A stretch of DNA of 64,000 nucleotides from an uncultured Pseudomonadota bacterium (GTDB lineage Bacteria > Babelota > Babeliae > Babelales > JAUPTZ01), in assembly GCA_964429275.1 (NCBI GenBank), contig CAYSBJ010000001.1, forward strand, positions 201,776 through 265,775. Direction: 5' to 3'. Under the pieces are notes generated by a model that was not told the DNA's origin, did not search any database, and saw only the letters and a program-made list of their open reading frames with translations. Made by a program: the position numbers and the translations under genes. Every line of letters starts with the position of its first letter. Position 1 is the stretch's first letter. This document shows positions 35,239-44,805 of the stretch, in pieces.

Positions 35239-37029
35239 ATGAGTCATCCAAAACGCACACACTCTTGCCAAGATATCTCGAAGGCACTCATTGGTACTAC
35301 CGTCACTGTTAACGGCTGGGTGAACCGCCGACGTGACCATGGCGGTGTTATTTTTATTGATGCTCGCGATCGTAGCGGACTGGTGCAATTGGTGTTCAAT
35401 CCAGCCGTGAGTTCTGAGGCTGTAATGAACCTCGCTCATACTTTGCGAAATGAGTTTGTTATTGCGGCTACCGGAACCGTTATTGCCCGCGCACCGGAAG
35501 CAGTAAATGATCGTATTGCCACCGGGGCTATTGAGGTTGTGGTAACTACTATGACGATTCTGAACAGCTCTAGGCCGTTGCCGTTTCAGCTTGATGAAGC
35601 GGAGCAGGTTGATGAAGAACTTCGTCTTAAATACCGCTATATCGATATGCGTCGTGAAAAAATGCAGCGTTTTATGCGCCTTCGACACGAAGTGGTCTTT
35701 GCTATGCGCGAAGCACTTGATAAACAAGGTTTTTATGAAATTGAGACTCCAATTTTGTCCAAAAGCACCCCAGAGGGTGCGCGTGACTTTTTAGTGCCGT
35801 CTCGGCTGCAACCGGGTCATTTCTATGCACTTCCTCAGTCGCCGCAGCTTTATAAGCAACTACTTATGATGAGTGGTATGGAGAAGTACTTCCAGATTGC
35901 TCGCTGTTTTCGTGACGAGGATATGCGTGCCAACCGTCAGCTTGAATTCACTCAAATAGACTTGGAAATGTCTTTTGTGGATGAGCAAGCGGTGCAAAGT
36001 TTTGTGGAAGAGATGGTTCGCCACGTGTTTAAAAAAGTGTTTAATTTGAGCCTACCGGAAAAATTTGAAGTTCATACCTTTAAAGAGATGTTTGCGCTGT
36101 ACGGAAGTGATAAACCAGACCGTCGATTTGAGCTTTTAATTAATGATTTGACCTTGTTGTTTGCCGATACTCAACTTGGCTTTTTAAAGAGTACCCTGGC
36201 TGCTGGTGGAAGAATTGGTGCGTTATGCGTAAAAGGCCACGATTTTAGCCGTTCGGAGTTAGAGAAAGTAGTTGGCATGACGATTAAAGACTTTGGGGCA
36301 AAAGGGCTGCTGTATATCCGTTTTAACGCAGATGGTTCTTCTGATTCGCCAGTGGCAAAATTTTTGCCTGCTGACTTTTTTGCACAAGCTCAAGCAGTAA
36401 TCCCAGGGCTTACCACAAAAGATACACTCTTTATTGTTGCCGGTAATTATAAAGATTCATGGACGAGTTTGGGGCGGCTGCGGCTCTATTTAGGGCAGTA
36501 CCTTTCGCTTATTGCTAAAGATATGCACGATCTCTTTTGGATTACTGACTTTCCATTATTTGAGTGGGACGCTGAGCAAAAACGTTATTTTGCAACGCAT
36601 CATCCATTTACTTCACCAAACATTGGCTGGGAGCAGCTTGAACCTGGTGATATGACCGCTCGGGCTTATGACCTGGTATATAATGGCGAAGAACTTGGTG
36701 GTGGATCGATTCGTATTCATGACAGTGCTGTGCAATCAAAAGTTTTTGATCTTTTGGGAATATCGCCAGAAGAAGCGCAGCAAAAGTTTGGCTTCTTGCT
36801 TGAGGCTCAACAATTGGGCTGTCCACCGCATGGTGGGCTGGCTCTTGGCCTAGATCGTTTGGTAATGCTTTTGGTGGGCGCAAGCTCAATTCGTGAGGTC
36901 ATTGCTTTTCCAAAGATGCATGCCGGAACCTGTCCGCTTATGGAGGCGCCGTGTGCGGTTGATGCACGTCAGCTCAAAGAGGTGCATATCCAGACTAGAG
37001 TGCTGGGGCGCATAGAGAAAGGTGAGTAA
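35239..37029 (+). CDS. aspS: aspartate--tRNA ligase (bacterial type)
   Basis: N-terminal OB fold, class II motifs ('FYALPQSPQLYKQLLM', 'FQIARCFRDED', 'GGGSIRIH', 'GLALGLDRLVM') and the GAD insertion. Confidence 0.95.
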   Translation: MSHPKRTHSCQDISKALIGTTVTVNGWVNRRRDHGGVIFIDARDRSGLVQLVFNPAVSSEAVMNLAHTLRNEFVIAATGTVIARAPEAVNDRIATGAIEVVVTTMTILNSSRPLPFQLDEAEQVDEELRLKYRYIDMRREKMQRFMRLRHEVVFAMREALDKQGFYEIETPILSKSTPEGARDFLVPSRLQPGHFYALPQSPQLYKQLLMMSGMEKYFQIARCFRDEDMRANRQLEFTQIDLEMSFVDEQAVQSFVEEMVRHVFKKVFNLSLPEKFEVHTFKEMFALYGSDKPDRRFELLINDLTLLFADTQLGFLKSTLAAGGRIGALCVKGHDFSRSELEKVVGMTIKDFGAKGLLYIRFNADGSSDSPVAKFLPADFFAQAQAVIPGLTTKDTLFIVAGNYKDSWTSLGRLRLYLGQYLSLIAKDMHDLFWITDFPLFEWDAEQKRYFATHHPFTSPNIGWEQLEPGDMTARAYDLVYNGEELGGGSIRIHDSAVQSKVFDLLGISPEEAQQKFGFLLEAQQLGCPPHGGLALGLDRLVMLLVGASSIREVIAFPKMHAGTCPLMEAPCAVDARQLKEVHIQTRVLGRIEKGE

Positions 37030-37162
37030 TCGTTTAGGTAACGTCGGTAGTTATCGATATAAACCCTGCCTTTTCCTTTTTTAATTGACTTGTTGAAAAC
37101 CGTTTCATCATTCTAAGGTGAGGGTATGCCTGCACGATTGGCGGGCGCAATGAGGAGGGAAT

Positions 37163-38947
37163 ATGAAACGTTTTTTATTGGTTTTAGCGCTGTTTGGTAT
37201 CAATGGGTTTGTGTCTGCGTCAAAAAAGCAGGAGCCAGTGGCCGTCAACGCCATGGACGCTGAAACGGCGCAGTTACGGACCTTTGCAAAGTATGCAGCG
37301 GTTTTTCGATTATTGCCGGCTCGCGTTTCGCAGATGCTACAGGTGGTGAATGCTTATCCGGTTGATAACGTGGCGCGTCGTCTCGACTTACTGCAAATTG
37401 CGATTCAGCGGTTGCATGATAAGTATCGTACTATGCAGCAGCTTCACGACCGAGTGTTGGAACTTCAAGGGCAGTCCGATTCTTCTCGCCGAGCCGGAGT
37501 GCACGCCCGCTGCAGTGCTCTGCTTGTGTCTATTAAGAAGTATCAGATAACGCTGGTTTCCATTCTGAGTGTTTTGGATGCTGAATTTGTGCGTTTTGCT
37601 AAAACAGTGCATGACCAAAAAAATGAAGCATCAACTACGCGTGATGCGGCGTTTATGGCTGCCAAATCTTCTTTGAGCCCGACAAAAATGGATGTACTCA
37701 TCTCGATGCTGGTTTCTGGTTCGTCTAGCCCTTCAGAAGAGGTGGCCGGCTCGGTTACCCAAGAGATTCGTCAGCTTCGCGATGAAGTTTCGCAGTTGAG
37801 TGCTCAGTTGCAGTCAAAAGCTCTCATTGAGGGTAGCAATGTTAAGGATGATAAGGTTTTTAATCAGAATATTCAGACCCTAACAGAGGAAAGTACTCGT
37901 GTGTCTGCTGAGGCAAAAGCTGACTTTGCATCTGTGATCGATGAGAATATTGCGCTTGCGCCTGAACCTAAGGCCGCATCGCCAAAAACGCGTCGCGTTT
38001 CGGCTAAGACGCTCCAGGGTCGCGCAATAGCATTTCATGATCGTTTGATTAACGCTGTATATGGCAGTTATGACTGGGCAAAGACGAAAGTGGTGGAAAC
38101 CGGCGAGACGATAGGGGCTGGCTGGGATCGTGTGATGGCATTACCGATTTTGTGTGATATTCATGACTTTGCCTCAAATGTGGTCGGCCGAGTTTTCAAT
38201 GATACACACAAAGCTGCAAAGCACGTAGAGCATCGCATGAAAGAGGTTAAAGACGCGACCCCTGGAGGAGTAAGCTTGATAAAAGAAACCGTGTGCGGTT
38301 TTATGGACTGGATAGTTGAATCATGGATTCGGGTTGGGCAGTATATGTTGTCGTTTCTAGAATTTCTTCGTGATTACTGGCATGTTGTGCACGAAAAAGC
38401 TCAGGAATTTGATGCAGGGATGCGTGATGTTGCGTGCCAGGTGTGTGGCTGGTTTGTGCAGATTTGGCATGGCCTTGTGAATGCGAGTCTTGCGATAAAA
38501 GATCGTATTTTTGGTGAAATTGTGACTCCGGTGGTTGGTGTTGGCTCGTCGCATGATATTGAAAAAGATATCCAAACGGCGCCACAATCGATTACAGACC
38601 GCTTGATTTCAGGGGTCGGAAAAGCTGTTGAGGCAGGCAGGTTGGCGGCGCAATCAGCGCTTGTTGCGGTAACCAGCTGGAAAGAAAGAATCTGGCCGAC
38701 GGCGCGTGAGGTGGAAAGTAACGTACGCTCTGATGAGGACGGTGAGTGCCAGGTCAAAGCAGTTGAAGAAGAAAAGGTTGTATTACCTTCCTGGACGGAG
38801 CAATTGTATGAGGCAAAAGCTGTAGCGAGTGCCAGGTTGCGTGAATGTGTAGCGAGGGCTGAGGTAGTTGCGGGCAAGGTGCGTGATAAAGTGTATGCTT
38901 TAATTGGCAAGGCACCTGAAGCTGAAAAAGCAGTAGAGACAAAGTAA
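37163..38947 (+). CDS. hypothetical exported protein (594 aa, helical/coiled-coil)
   Basis: Signal peptide MKRFLLVLALFGINGFVSA. No recognisable motifs. Confidence 0.55.
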   Translation: MKRFLLVLALFGINGFVSASKKQEPVAVNAMDAETAQLRTFAKYAAVFRLLPARVSQMLQVVNAYPVDNVARRLDLLQIAIQRLHDKYRTMQQLHDRVLELQGQSDSSRRAGVHARCSALLVSIKKYQITLVSILSVLDAEFVRFAKTVHDQKNEASTTRDAAFMAAKSSLSPTKMDVLISMLVSGSSSPSEEVAGSVTQEIRQLRDEVSQLSAQLQSKALIEGSNVKDDKVFNQNIQTLTEESTRVSAEAKADFASVIDENIALAPEPKAASPKTRRVSAKTLQGRAIAFHDRLINAVYGSYDWAKTKVVETGETIGAGWDRVMALPILCDIHDFASNVVGRVFNDTHKAAKHVEHRMKEVKDATPGGVSLIKETVCGFMDWIVESWIRVGQYMLSFLEFLRDYWHVVHEKAQEFDAGMRDVACQVCGWFVQIWHGLVNASLAIKDRIFGEIVTPVVGVGSSHDIEKDIQTAPQSITDRLISGVGKAVEAGRLAAQSALVAVTSWKERIWPTAREVESNVRSDEDGECQVKAVEEEKVVLPSWTEQLYEAKAVASARLRECVARAEVVAGKVRDKVYALIGKAPEAEKAVETK

Positions 38948-38954
38948 AGGTTAT

Positions 38955-39437
38955 ATGGATCGATTATATGCCCCGTGGCGTTCTTCTTATATTAAAAAAG
39001 ATAAAAACAGCGATGATCAGTGTCCGTTCTGTGTAGCGGCAGCGAGCGATAAAGATGCTCTTCACCATGTTCTGGAGCGTGACGGTGGTCTTGTGGTGAT
39101 GTTGAATCGCTTTCCCTATAACTCTGGACACCTTCTCATTGTGCCAAGGGCACATGTGTCAGACCTTGAGCTGGTTGCTCCAATGGTTCGAGCTAGCATG
39201 ATGGAAGCCACGGCAAAGTGGTGTGCGATTGTTAAAAAAGCCTTCAAATGTCATGGTTTTAACATTGGATTTAATGTTGGTGAGGTCAGCGGGGGGAGTA
39301 TTCCCGGTCATTTGCACCTTCACATAGTTCCACGCTGGCAGGGGGATACCAATTTCCTGGTTACCATTGGTGAGACCAAGCTTATATCAAGCGATCTAAA
39401 TGAGATTTACCGCCAGCTCTTGGCAGCTGCCGAGTAG
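38955..39437 (+). CDS. HIT-family nucleotide hydrolase/transferase
   Basis: Histidine triad 'HLHLHIVPR' and an N-terminal 'YAPWRSSYI' motif. Confidence 0.8.
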   Translation: MDRLYAPWRSSYIKKDKNSDDQCPFCVAAASDKDALHHVLERDGGLVVMLNRFPYNSGHLLIVPRAHVSDLELVAPMVRASMMEATAKWCAIVKKAFKCHGFNIGFNVGEVSGGSIPGHLHLHIVPRWQGDTNFLVTIGETKLISSDLNEIYRQLLAAAE

Positions 39438-39498
39438 CCTCGTATTGCACCTGACCGAGTTTTTGTTATACTCGGCCACTGTAACGAAATAAAGTTAG

Positions 39499-39537
39499 AG
39501 TCACGCGCTGATAAAAAAGCGCGTGACTTTGTTTTTT
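39499..39537 (+). terminator. rho-independent terminator
   Basis: Stem AGTCACGCGC / GCGCGTGACT followed by TTGTTTTTT. Confidence 0.7.
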
Positions 39538-39558
39538 ATACCACAATGAAAGAGGAGA

Positions 39559-40752
39559 ATGGTGATGATGCCATGGGCGTTGGTTGCCGGAGCTGTCGGC
39601 GGTTTATTGACTGGCTGGTGGGGGAATGAAACGGTCATGATGGTGGCTGGTCACACCGCAACGATTATTAAAAATTTATTGGAGCTGGTTAGCTTGCCGG
39701 TTATCTTTTTATCGATAGTTTCTTCGCTTGCGGGGATGGAAAGTAGTGGCGAGGCAAGCCTTATTGGTGGCCTAGTGTTGCGTTATACCATTTTGACCAC
39801 AGTGCTTGCCGCCCTTGTGGGCTTGGTTCTCTTTTTTGTCTTTGACCCGGTCGGTAGTGTTACTTTTGGTGCCCTGTCCGCATCTACTGGTTCTCATGCT
39901 GCTTCGTATAGTGATTTTTTGCTTGGTATGTTTCCTTCAAATTTGGTCCAAACGTTTAGTGGCCAAGGAAGCGTTATGGCGGTGGTTTTTGTGGGCCTGC
40001 TTTTTGGCGCCGCGATTCTCCATCTCAAAGATAAAGAACGTACCCTGTTGCGTGATGGGTTTTCTGCCTTATTTAATATGATGATTGCCGTAACGCGCTT
40101 TATATTGTGGTGCATGCCGGTAGCCGTTTGGGCCTTTACCGCTTTGTTTATGTACAGTATGCATGAAAATGAAGGGCAATTGGCGCAGATTGGTTGGTAC
40201 GTGGTGACCGTGTTAATGGCCAATGTTGTGCAAGGTATGATTATTCTACCACTATTCGTTTGGTCTAAGGGTTTGTCGCCGCGGCGTCTTTTCGTTGCCT
40301 TCCGTCCTGCTCTGACCCTTGCGTTCGTGTCAAAATCATCCAACATGACCTTGCCGGTAACGCTGGAGTGCGCACAGAACAACGCCGGCGTCTCAGAGCG
40401 TGTAGCGCGATTTTGCTTGCCATTATGTGCAACAGTGAATATGAATGGTTGTGCTGCTTTTATTCTTATCACGCTGATGTTTGTAGCCGCTTCGAGTGGC
40501 GTGGCGATTGGCTTGTATGACATCGGCGCCTGGGTATTGCTTGCAACCGCGGCAGCAGTGGGTAACGCTGGCGTGCCGATGGGCTGTTTCTTTTTGACGA
40601 GTGCATTCCTGGTTCATTTACACTTGCCACTCGACATTATGGGCATTATTTTGCCAGTGTACGCACTTCTTGATATGGTCGAAACCGCGCTGAACGTCTG
40701 GTCTGATGCCTGCGTGACGGCGGTGGTTGATCGTGATCTCTCTCATCATTAA
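39559..40752 (+). CDS. dicarboxylate/amino acid:cation symporter (DAACS family)
   Basis: Motifs 'SSNMTLPVTLE' and 'NMNGCAAF' correspond to the family's SSxxTLP and NMDGTA signatures. Polytopic. AGAGGAG RBS. Confidence 0.8.
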   Translation: MVMMPWALVAGAVGGLLTGWWGNETVMMVAGHTATIIKNLLELVSLPVIFLSIVSSLAGMESSGEASLIGGLVLRYTILTTVLAALVGLVLFFVFDPVGSVTFGALSASTGSHAASYSDFLLGMFPSNLVQTFSGQGSVMAVVFVGLLFGAAILHLKDKERTLLRDGFSALFNMMIAVTRFILWCMPVAVWAFTALFMYSMHENEGQLAQIGWYVVTVLMANVVQGMIILPLFVWSKGLSPRRLFVAFRPALTLAFVSKSSNMTLPVTLECAQNNAGVSERVARFCLPLCATVNMNGCAAFILITLMFVAASSGVAIGLYDIGAWVLLATAAAVGNAGVPMGCFFLTSAFLVHLHLPLDIMGIILPVYALLDMVETALNVWSDACVTAVVDRDLSHH

Positions 40753-40764
40753 AAAGGATTTTGT

Positions 40765-42063
40765 GTGAAAAGCATCCGCACTATTGGGCTCTGGTCAGCC
40801 GTTTTAATAAACATTAACGTTATCGTGGGAAGTGGCATTTTTGTAAACCTTCATCCGCTGTCGGCAGCACTCGGTTCTGGAAGCTTCGTGGTGTATTTGA
40901 TTGCGGCTCTCTTTTTGCTGCCGGTTGTAACGGTACTTGCCTTGTTGGCGCGGCAACATCCGGAGAGTGGTGGGCTGTATGTGTATACAAAGACGTATTT
41001 GAGTCCGTTTGTTGGGTTCTTGGGCGGTTGGGCGTATTTTGTGGGGAAAGCTATTTCGGCTGGATTTATGGCAAGTATGTTGATGCTCGTGGCGAAAGAT
41101 GCGTTGCCAGTGCTCCATGCGGTGCCGCATATCGTTCTGGTCGCCGGACTTCTTTTATTTTTAGCCGGGATCAATGTTGTAGGCGCTTCGTTACAGGGAC
41201 GTGTGCAATGGGCCTTTGTTGCGGCCAAGGTGATTCCTGTTGTGAGTGTTGTGGCCTTGCTTATCTGGCGTGGCCCGCAAGTGCCAGTTTCTTTTGATTT
41301 TGTAACAGGTGATTCGCTTGCTGCTGTGGTCCCAATTGCCGTGTTTGCTATGGTTGGATTTGAAGTTACCAGCACGATTGCTCATCTTTTTGTGCGGCCT
41401 GAGTACACTATCATACGCGCTTTTATTATTGGCTTTTTAACCGTAACGGCACTGCTATCTCTTTTCCAGGGAGCAGTTTCTTTGCTGTTGCCGGCAAGTG
41501 CATTAACTATTGGGCTTCCAGCTGCGCAGCTTTCAAGCGTTGCGGCTGCTTACTTGCCAACCTTTTCTTCATTTTCTTGGCTCATGACCATCTGTGTCTA
41601 CCTTTCAATGCTCGGGGGAACGTTTGGCATTTTGACGAGTAATTGTTGGAATATGCATCGCCTTGCGGCGCAGGGCCATGTGCCCGGTGGTCGCTGGCTG
41701 ACAAAGCTAACCGCAGGCCAAGTGCCATGGGTGAGCTTGCTGGTCGAAGTATGTATCTGTGTTCTGGGTGTAGCGATTTCGAGTAAACAAATCCCGCTGC
41801 AAAAAATGTCAGTTCTTGGCGTTGTTTTTGCGTTCTTCTGTGCCATGCTTGCTGCTTGGTTTGCCCGCGACTCACGTGGCGGTCGCTTGATTCATCCAGT
41901 GATTGCTGGAGCAGCGCTGTGTAGTACACTGGGGCTTTTTGGCATCACGCTTTACCACATCTACCTTTATGGTATTTCGGTGCCGTATCTCTGTTTGTTT
42001 GGTGGGGGAATTGTGGTTTCGTTGCTTCACGGCTGGTGTTCTAAGCATTGTGAGAATTGTTAG
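40765..42063 (+). CDS. APC-superfamily amino-acid permease
   Basis: About 12 TM segments, with N-terminal 'NINVIVGSGIF' and 'PESGGLYVY' signatures. GTG start. Confidence 0.75.
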   Translation: MKSIRTIGLWSAVLININVIVGSGIFVNLHPLSAALGSGSFVVYLIAALFLLPVVTVLALLARQHPESGGLYVYTKTYLSPFVGFLGGWAYFVGKAISAGFMASMLMLVAKDALPVLHAVPHIVLVAGLLLFLAGINVVGASLQGRVQWAFVAAKVIPVVSVVALLIWRGPQVPVSFDFVTGDSLAAVVPIAVFAMVGFEVTSTIAHLFVRPEYTIIRAFIIGFLTVTALLSLFQGAVSLLLPASALTIGLPAAQLSSVAAAYLPTFSSFSWLMTICVYLSMLGGTFGILTSNCWNMHRLAAQGHVPGGRWLTKLTAGQVPWVSLLVEVCICVLGVAISSKQIPLQKMSVLGVVFAFFCAMLAAWFARDSRGGRLIHPVIAGAALCSTLGLFGITLYHIYLYGISVPYLCLFGGGIVVSLLHGWCSKHCENC

Positions 42064-42067
42064 TTAA

Positions 42068-42256
42068 GGCGGAACGGGATACAATCAGCAGATTATTGCT
42101 CGATTGGAAGATGTCACTCTCCGCGAAAAGCATCTCAAGGCTATGACAGAAGTGGAATTGGCGGCGGCGATTGCGGTATACGAAGCGATTATTTGTGCGC
42201 TGGAAGAAGGTGAGTTGCGGGTAGTGAATTTTGTGACGAAGGTTAAAACTACATAA
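42068..42256 (+). pseudogene. start-less in-frame remnant, possibly the N-terminus of a DapD-like (THDP N-succinyltransferase) gene
   Basis: 62 open codons with no usable start. '...NQQIIARLEDV...AIAVYEAIICALEEGELRVV' recalls the E. coli DapD N-terminus 'QQLQNIIETAF...[19 protein letters not shown]'. The frame ends inside the 3' end of rnpB. Confidence 0.2.
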
Positions 42257-42659
42257 ACGGACCACGTGTAAGCTGGATTCTGTACGACTTGCGTCGTGAT
42301 AGCCATCTATCTTCGCGACAAACCCGTCAACTCTGCATCGATACAGCGTAGCGTTGACCTATTTTGTCTTGCTCCAAATGGGGTTTGCCCCACGCCGACA
42401 TTGCTGCCGACATGCGTGCGCTCTTACCGCACGGTTTCACCATTTCCGCTCACCTTGCGGTGAGTGGTTGTTTTGTTTCTGTTGCACTTTCCATGAGCTT
42501 GCGCCCTCCGCACTTGCTGGCCACGCTATAGTCACAGAATTGCCTGTAAGGGCGACGATGTGCGACGGCGGGAGGCTAATGCGGCATTTTTCGATGAGGA
42601 GTCCAGACTTTCCTCACATGCCAAAGCATGCGCGGCTATCCGGCAGACCGTTTATGTAG
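42249..42659 (-). ncRNA. rnpB: RNase P RNA, bacterial type A
   Basis: The minus strand carries GAGGAAAGUCUGGACUCC (CR-I), GUGCGGUAAGAGCGCACG, GGAGCAAGACAAAAUAGG and ACAGAAUCCAGCUUAC (CR-V). The P1 helix is formed by CUACAUAAACGG (5' end) and CCGUUUAUGUAG (3' end). Confidence 0.9.
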
Positions 42660-42701
42660 TGTTAATCAGTATAGCGGCAGGGAATATCCTGTCTACACCG
42701 G

Positions 42702-42914
42702 TTACAATTCAATCTTTACGAGGTCTTTTTTGATGAGCCCACGAAACTCTTCTGAAATGCGATTCCAGTCTATGATGTCGACCTGACAATATTCAAACGC
42801 TTTAATGGTTGCAGTTATATCTTTGTCGCTGTTCAATTCACCGCGGTATTCTTCAAATTGTTTTTGCGTTTTGAGCAGCGTGGTAAATGATATTTCTTCT
42901 TCAGCTATGCTCAT
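42702..42914 (-). CDS. small hypothetical acidic protein (70 aa)
   Basis: ORF only. There is no convincing RBS and no motif. Confidence 0.3.
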   Translation of the reverse strand: MSIAEEEISFTTLLKTQKQFEEYRGELNSDKDITATIKAFEYCQVDIIDWNRISEEFRGLIKKDLVKIEL

Positions 42915-43019
42915 GTAATTTCTAGTATGGTTCGGGTGGAGTCACCGGTATGTTATTGAAAATTCTTACCTTTGTCACTACACTTCCCCCATTCATCGTT
43001 TTATACAAGGTTCAGAACC

Positions 43020-44006
43020 ATGCGCATTCTCTCTGGTATTCAGCCCTCCGGGCAACTTCACTTAGGCAACTACTTTGGTGCCATTTACAACTGGGTACGG
43101 TTGCAAGATAAAGGGGAAGAGTGCTTCTTTTTTATTGCCGATCTTCATGCTCAGACAGTTCCGTATGACGCGGCGACGCGTCCTGGTATTATCCTTGAAT
43201 TGGCGGCGACGCTGATTGCCGCTGGTATAGACCCAAAAAAATCAACACTGTTTGTTCAGTCCCAAGTGCCGGCACACACACAGCTTTCATGGATTTTGTC
43301 CTGCCTTGCCCCTTTTGGTGAGCTTGAACGTATGGTTCAGTTCAAGGAAAAGTCTGATGCTAATCCGCAAGCAGTAAATGTGGGGCTGTTTACGTACCCA
43401 ATTTTGCAAGCAGCTGATGTGTTGTTATACCGTCCGGACATGGTTCCGGTTGGCATAGATCAGGCACAGCATCTTGAGTTGACGCGAACTTTGGCCCACA
43501 AATTTAACAACCGTTTTTGCCCGGCCGATGAGCCGTTGTTTAAAGAACCGCAAACACTTCATTCAACGACCATCAAAGTGCTGGGGCTTGATGGCCAGCG
43601 TAAAATGAGCAAGAGCTTTAATAACTATATTGGCTTGGTAGAGTCTGAAGAGGCCATTTGGGAAAAGTTACGACATGCAGCAACCGACCCAGCCCGTGTA
43701 CGTCGTACTGATCCAGGCAATCCCGATATTTGTAACGTCTTTGCATGGCACAAATTATTTTCGCCGGTGGGAGTGCAAGAAGAGCGTGCAGAGGGATGTC
43801 GCACCGCCAGAATTGGCTGTATTGATTGTAAAAAAACTTTGTTTACCCATATGAATGCCATTTTGGCGCCTATACGTGAGCGCTATCATGAACTCATACG
43901 TCAGCCAGATGATATTTTGCAGGTGCTTGAAGAGGGAGCAATTCGTGCCCGAAAAGAGTCGGCGGCAACAATGGAAAAGGTCTATCAGCTCGTAGGAGCT
44001 TTATAA
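43020..44006 (+). CDS. trpS: tryptophan--tRNA ligase
   Basis: 'GIQPSGQLHLGNYFG' (HIGH-type) and 'KMSKS' motifs. Start moved to the ATG at 43020 (MRILSG...). Confidence 0.92.
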   Translation: MRILSGIQPSGQLHLGNYFGAIYNWVRLQDKGEECFFFIADLHAQTVPYDAATRPGIILELAATLIAAGIDPKKSTLFVQSQVPAHTQLSWILSCLAPFGELERMVQFKEKSDANPQAVNVGLFTYPILQAADVLLYRPDMVPVGIDQAQHLELTRTLAHKFNNRFCPADEPLFKEPQTLHSTTIKVLGLDGQRKMSKSFNNYIGLVESEEAIWEKLRHAATDPARVRRTDPGNPDICNVFAWHKLFSPVGVQEERAEGCRTARIGCIDCKKTLFTHMNAILAPIRERYHELIRQPDDILQVLEEGAIRARKESAATMEKVYQLVGAL

Positions 44007-44010
44007 AACA

Positions 44011-44045
44011 AAAGAGGCGCGAGTTGTTTAGACGCGCGCCTCTTT
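44011..44045. terminator. bidirectional terminator hairpin between trpS and the H1-like gene
   Basis: Perfect 11-bp stem AAAGAGGCGCG / CGCGCCTCTTT with a 13-nt loop and A/T-rich flanks. Confidence 0.7.
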
Positions 44046-44068
44046 CTCAAAACAAGAAGGAATCCTAC

Positions 44069-44626
44069 TTATTTCTTTTTAGCAGCTCTCTTGCGAGCAC
44101 CACCGCGCTTAACTGCGCGTTTAGCACTAGTTTTGCGAGCGCCGGCTTTGCGACGGACAGCCTTTTTAGCAGTTGCTTTCTTAGCGACTTTACGTGTTGT
44201 CGCTTTCTTGCCAGCTACTTTTTTACGGCTTGTTTTTCTTTTTGGAGTAGCTTTTTTAGCAGCAGCCTTCTTTTTAGGAGCGGCTTTCTTAGCAGCTACT
44301 TTTCTTTTAGGAGCAGCTTTCTTTGTGGCTTTCTTCTTAGGAGCAGCTTTCTTAGCAGCTTTCTTAGGAGCAGCAGCGGCAGCAGGAGCGGCCTTTTTTA
44401 CAGCAGCTTTCTTTTTAGGAGCGGCTTTCTTTTTTGGGGCAGCTTTTTTAGCAGCAGCCTTTTTTTTAGGAGCAGCTTTTTTCTTGCTTGCAGCTTTTTT
44501 GCGCGTAGCTTTTTTAGCTGGAGCAGCTGGTGTGGCGGCAGATGATGCCCCCGCAGCGCTCAGACTAACTGAGCCGTCTTGCATTGCGGCTTGCATAGCA
44601 ACTTTATCTGAATCAAATTTAACCAT
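44069..44626 (-). CDS. histone H1-like / AKKA-repeat nucleoid-associated protein
   Basis: AGAGGAA RBS before MVKFDSDKVAMQ..., followed by about 150 aa of (A/P)KK(A)n repeats. The plus-strand ORFs here are low-complexity shadows. Confidence 0.75.
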   Translation of the reverse strand: MVKFDSDKVAMQAAMQDGSVSLSAAGASSAATPAAPAKKATRKKAASKKKAAPKKKAAAKKAAPKKKAAPKKKAAVKKAAPAAAAAPKKAAKKAAPKKKATKKAAPKRKVAAKKAAPKKKAAAKKATPKRKTSRKKVAGKKATTRKVAKKATAKKAVRRKAGARKTSAKRAVKRGGARKRAAKKK

Positions 44627-44805
44627 TTCCCTATTCCTCTCTACAAATACTAACGTTAGGTTCTGTCGGTGCATACGATAGGGTCGTGCGCACGCGGTAT
44701 ATCTCTATACCAGAAAAAGTATAAATGGTTGGCGGTACTGAAAGTCAAATAGGCGGAAAAGGTGCACAAAAAAAGTTGATACAGAAGTAAAATATTCCGT
44801 CACGC

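Noticed and set aside
44024-44681. Plus-strand ORFs 44024-44545 and 44091-44681, and the periodic repeat structure of this region (considered as a possible CRISPR or tandem repeat). The Ser-rich ORF 48737-49054 is a similar case.
   Set aside because: They are frame shadows of low-complexity coding repeats: AKKA repeats of the H1-like gene, and E/D repeats of the OmpA-like lipoprotein. The periodicity is codon-level with no spacer-repeat organisation.
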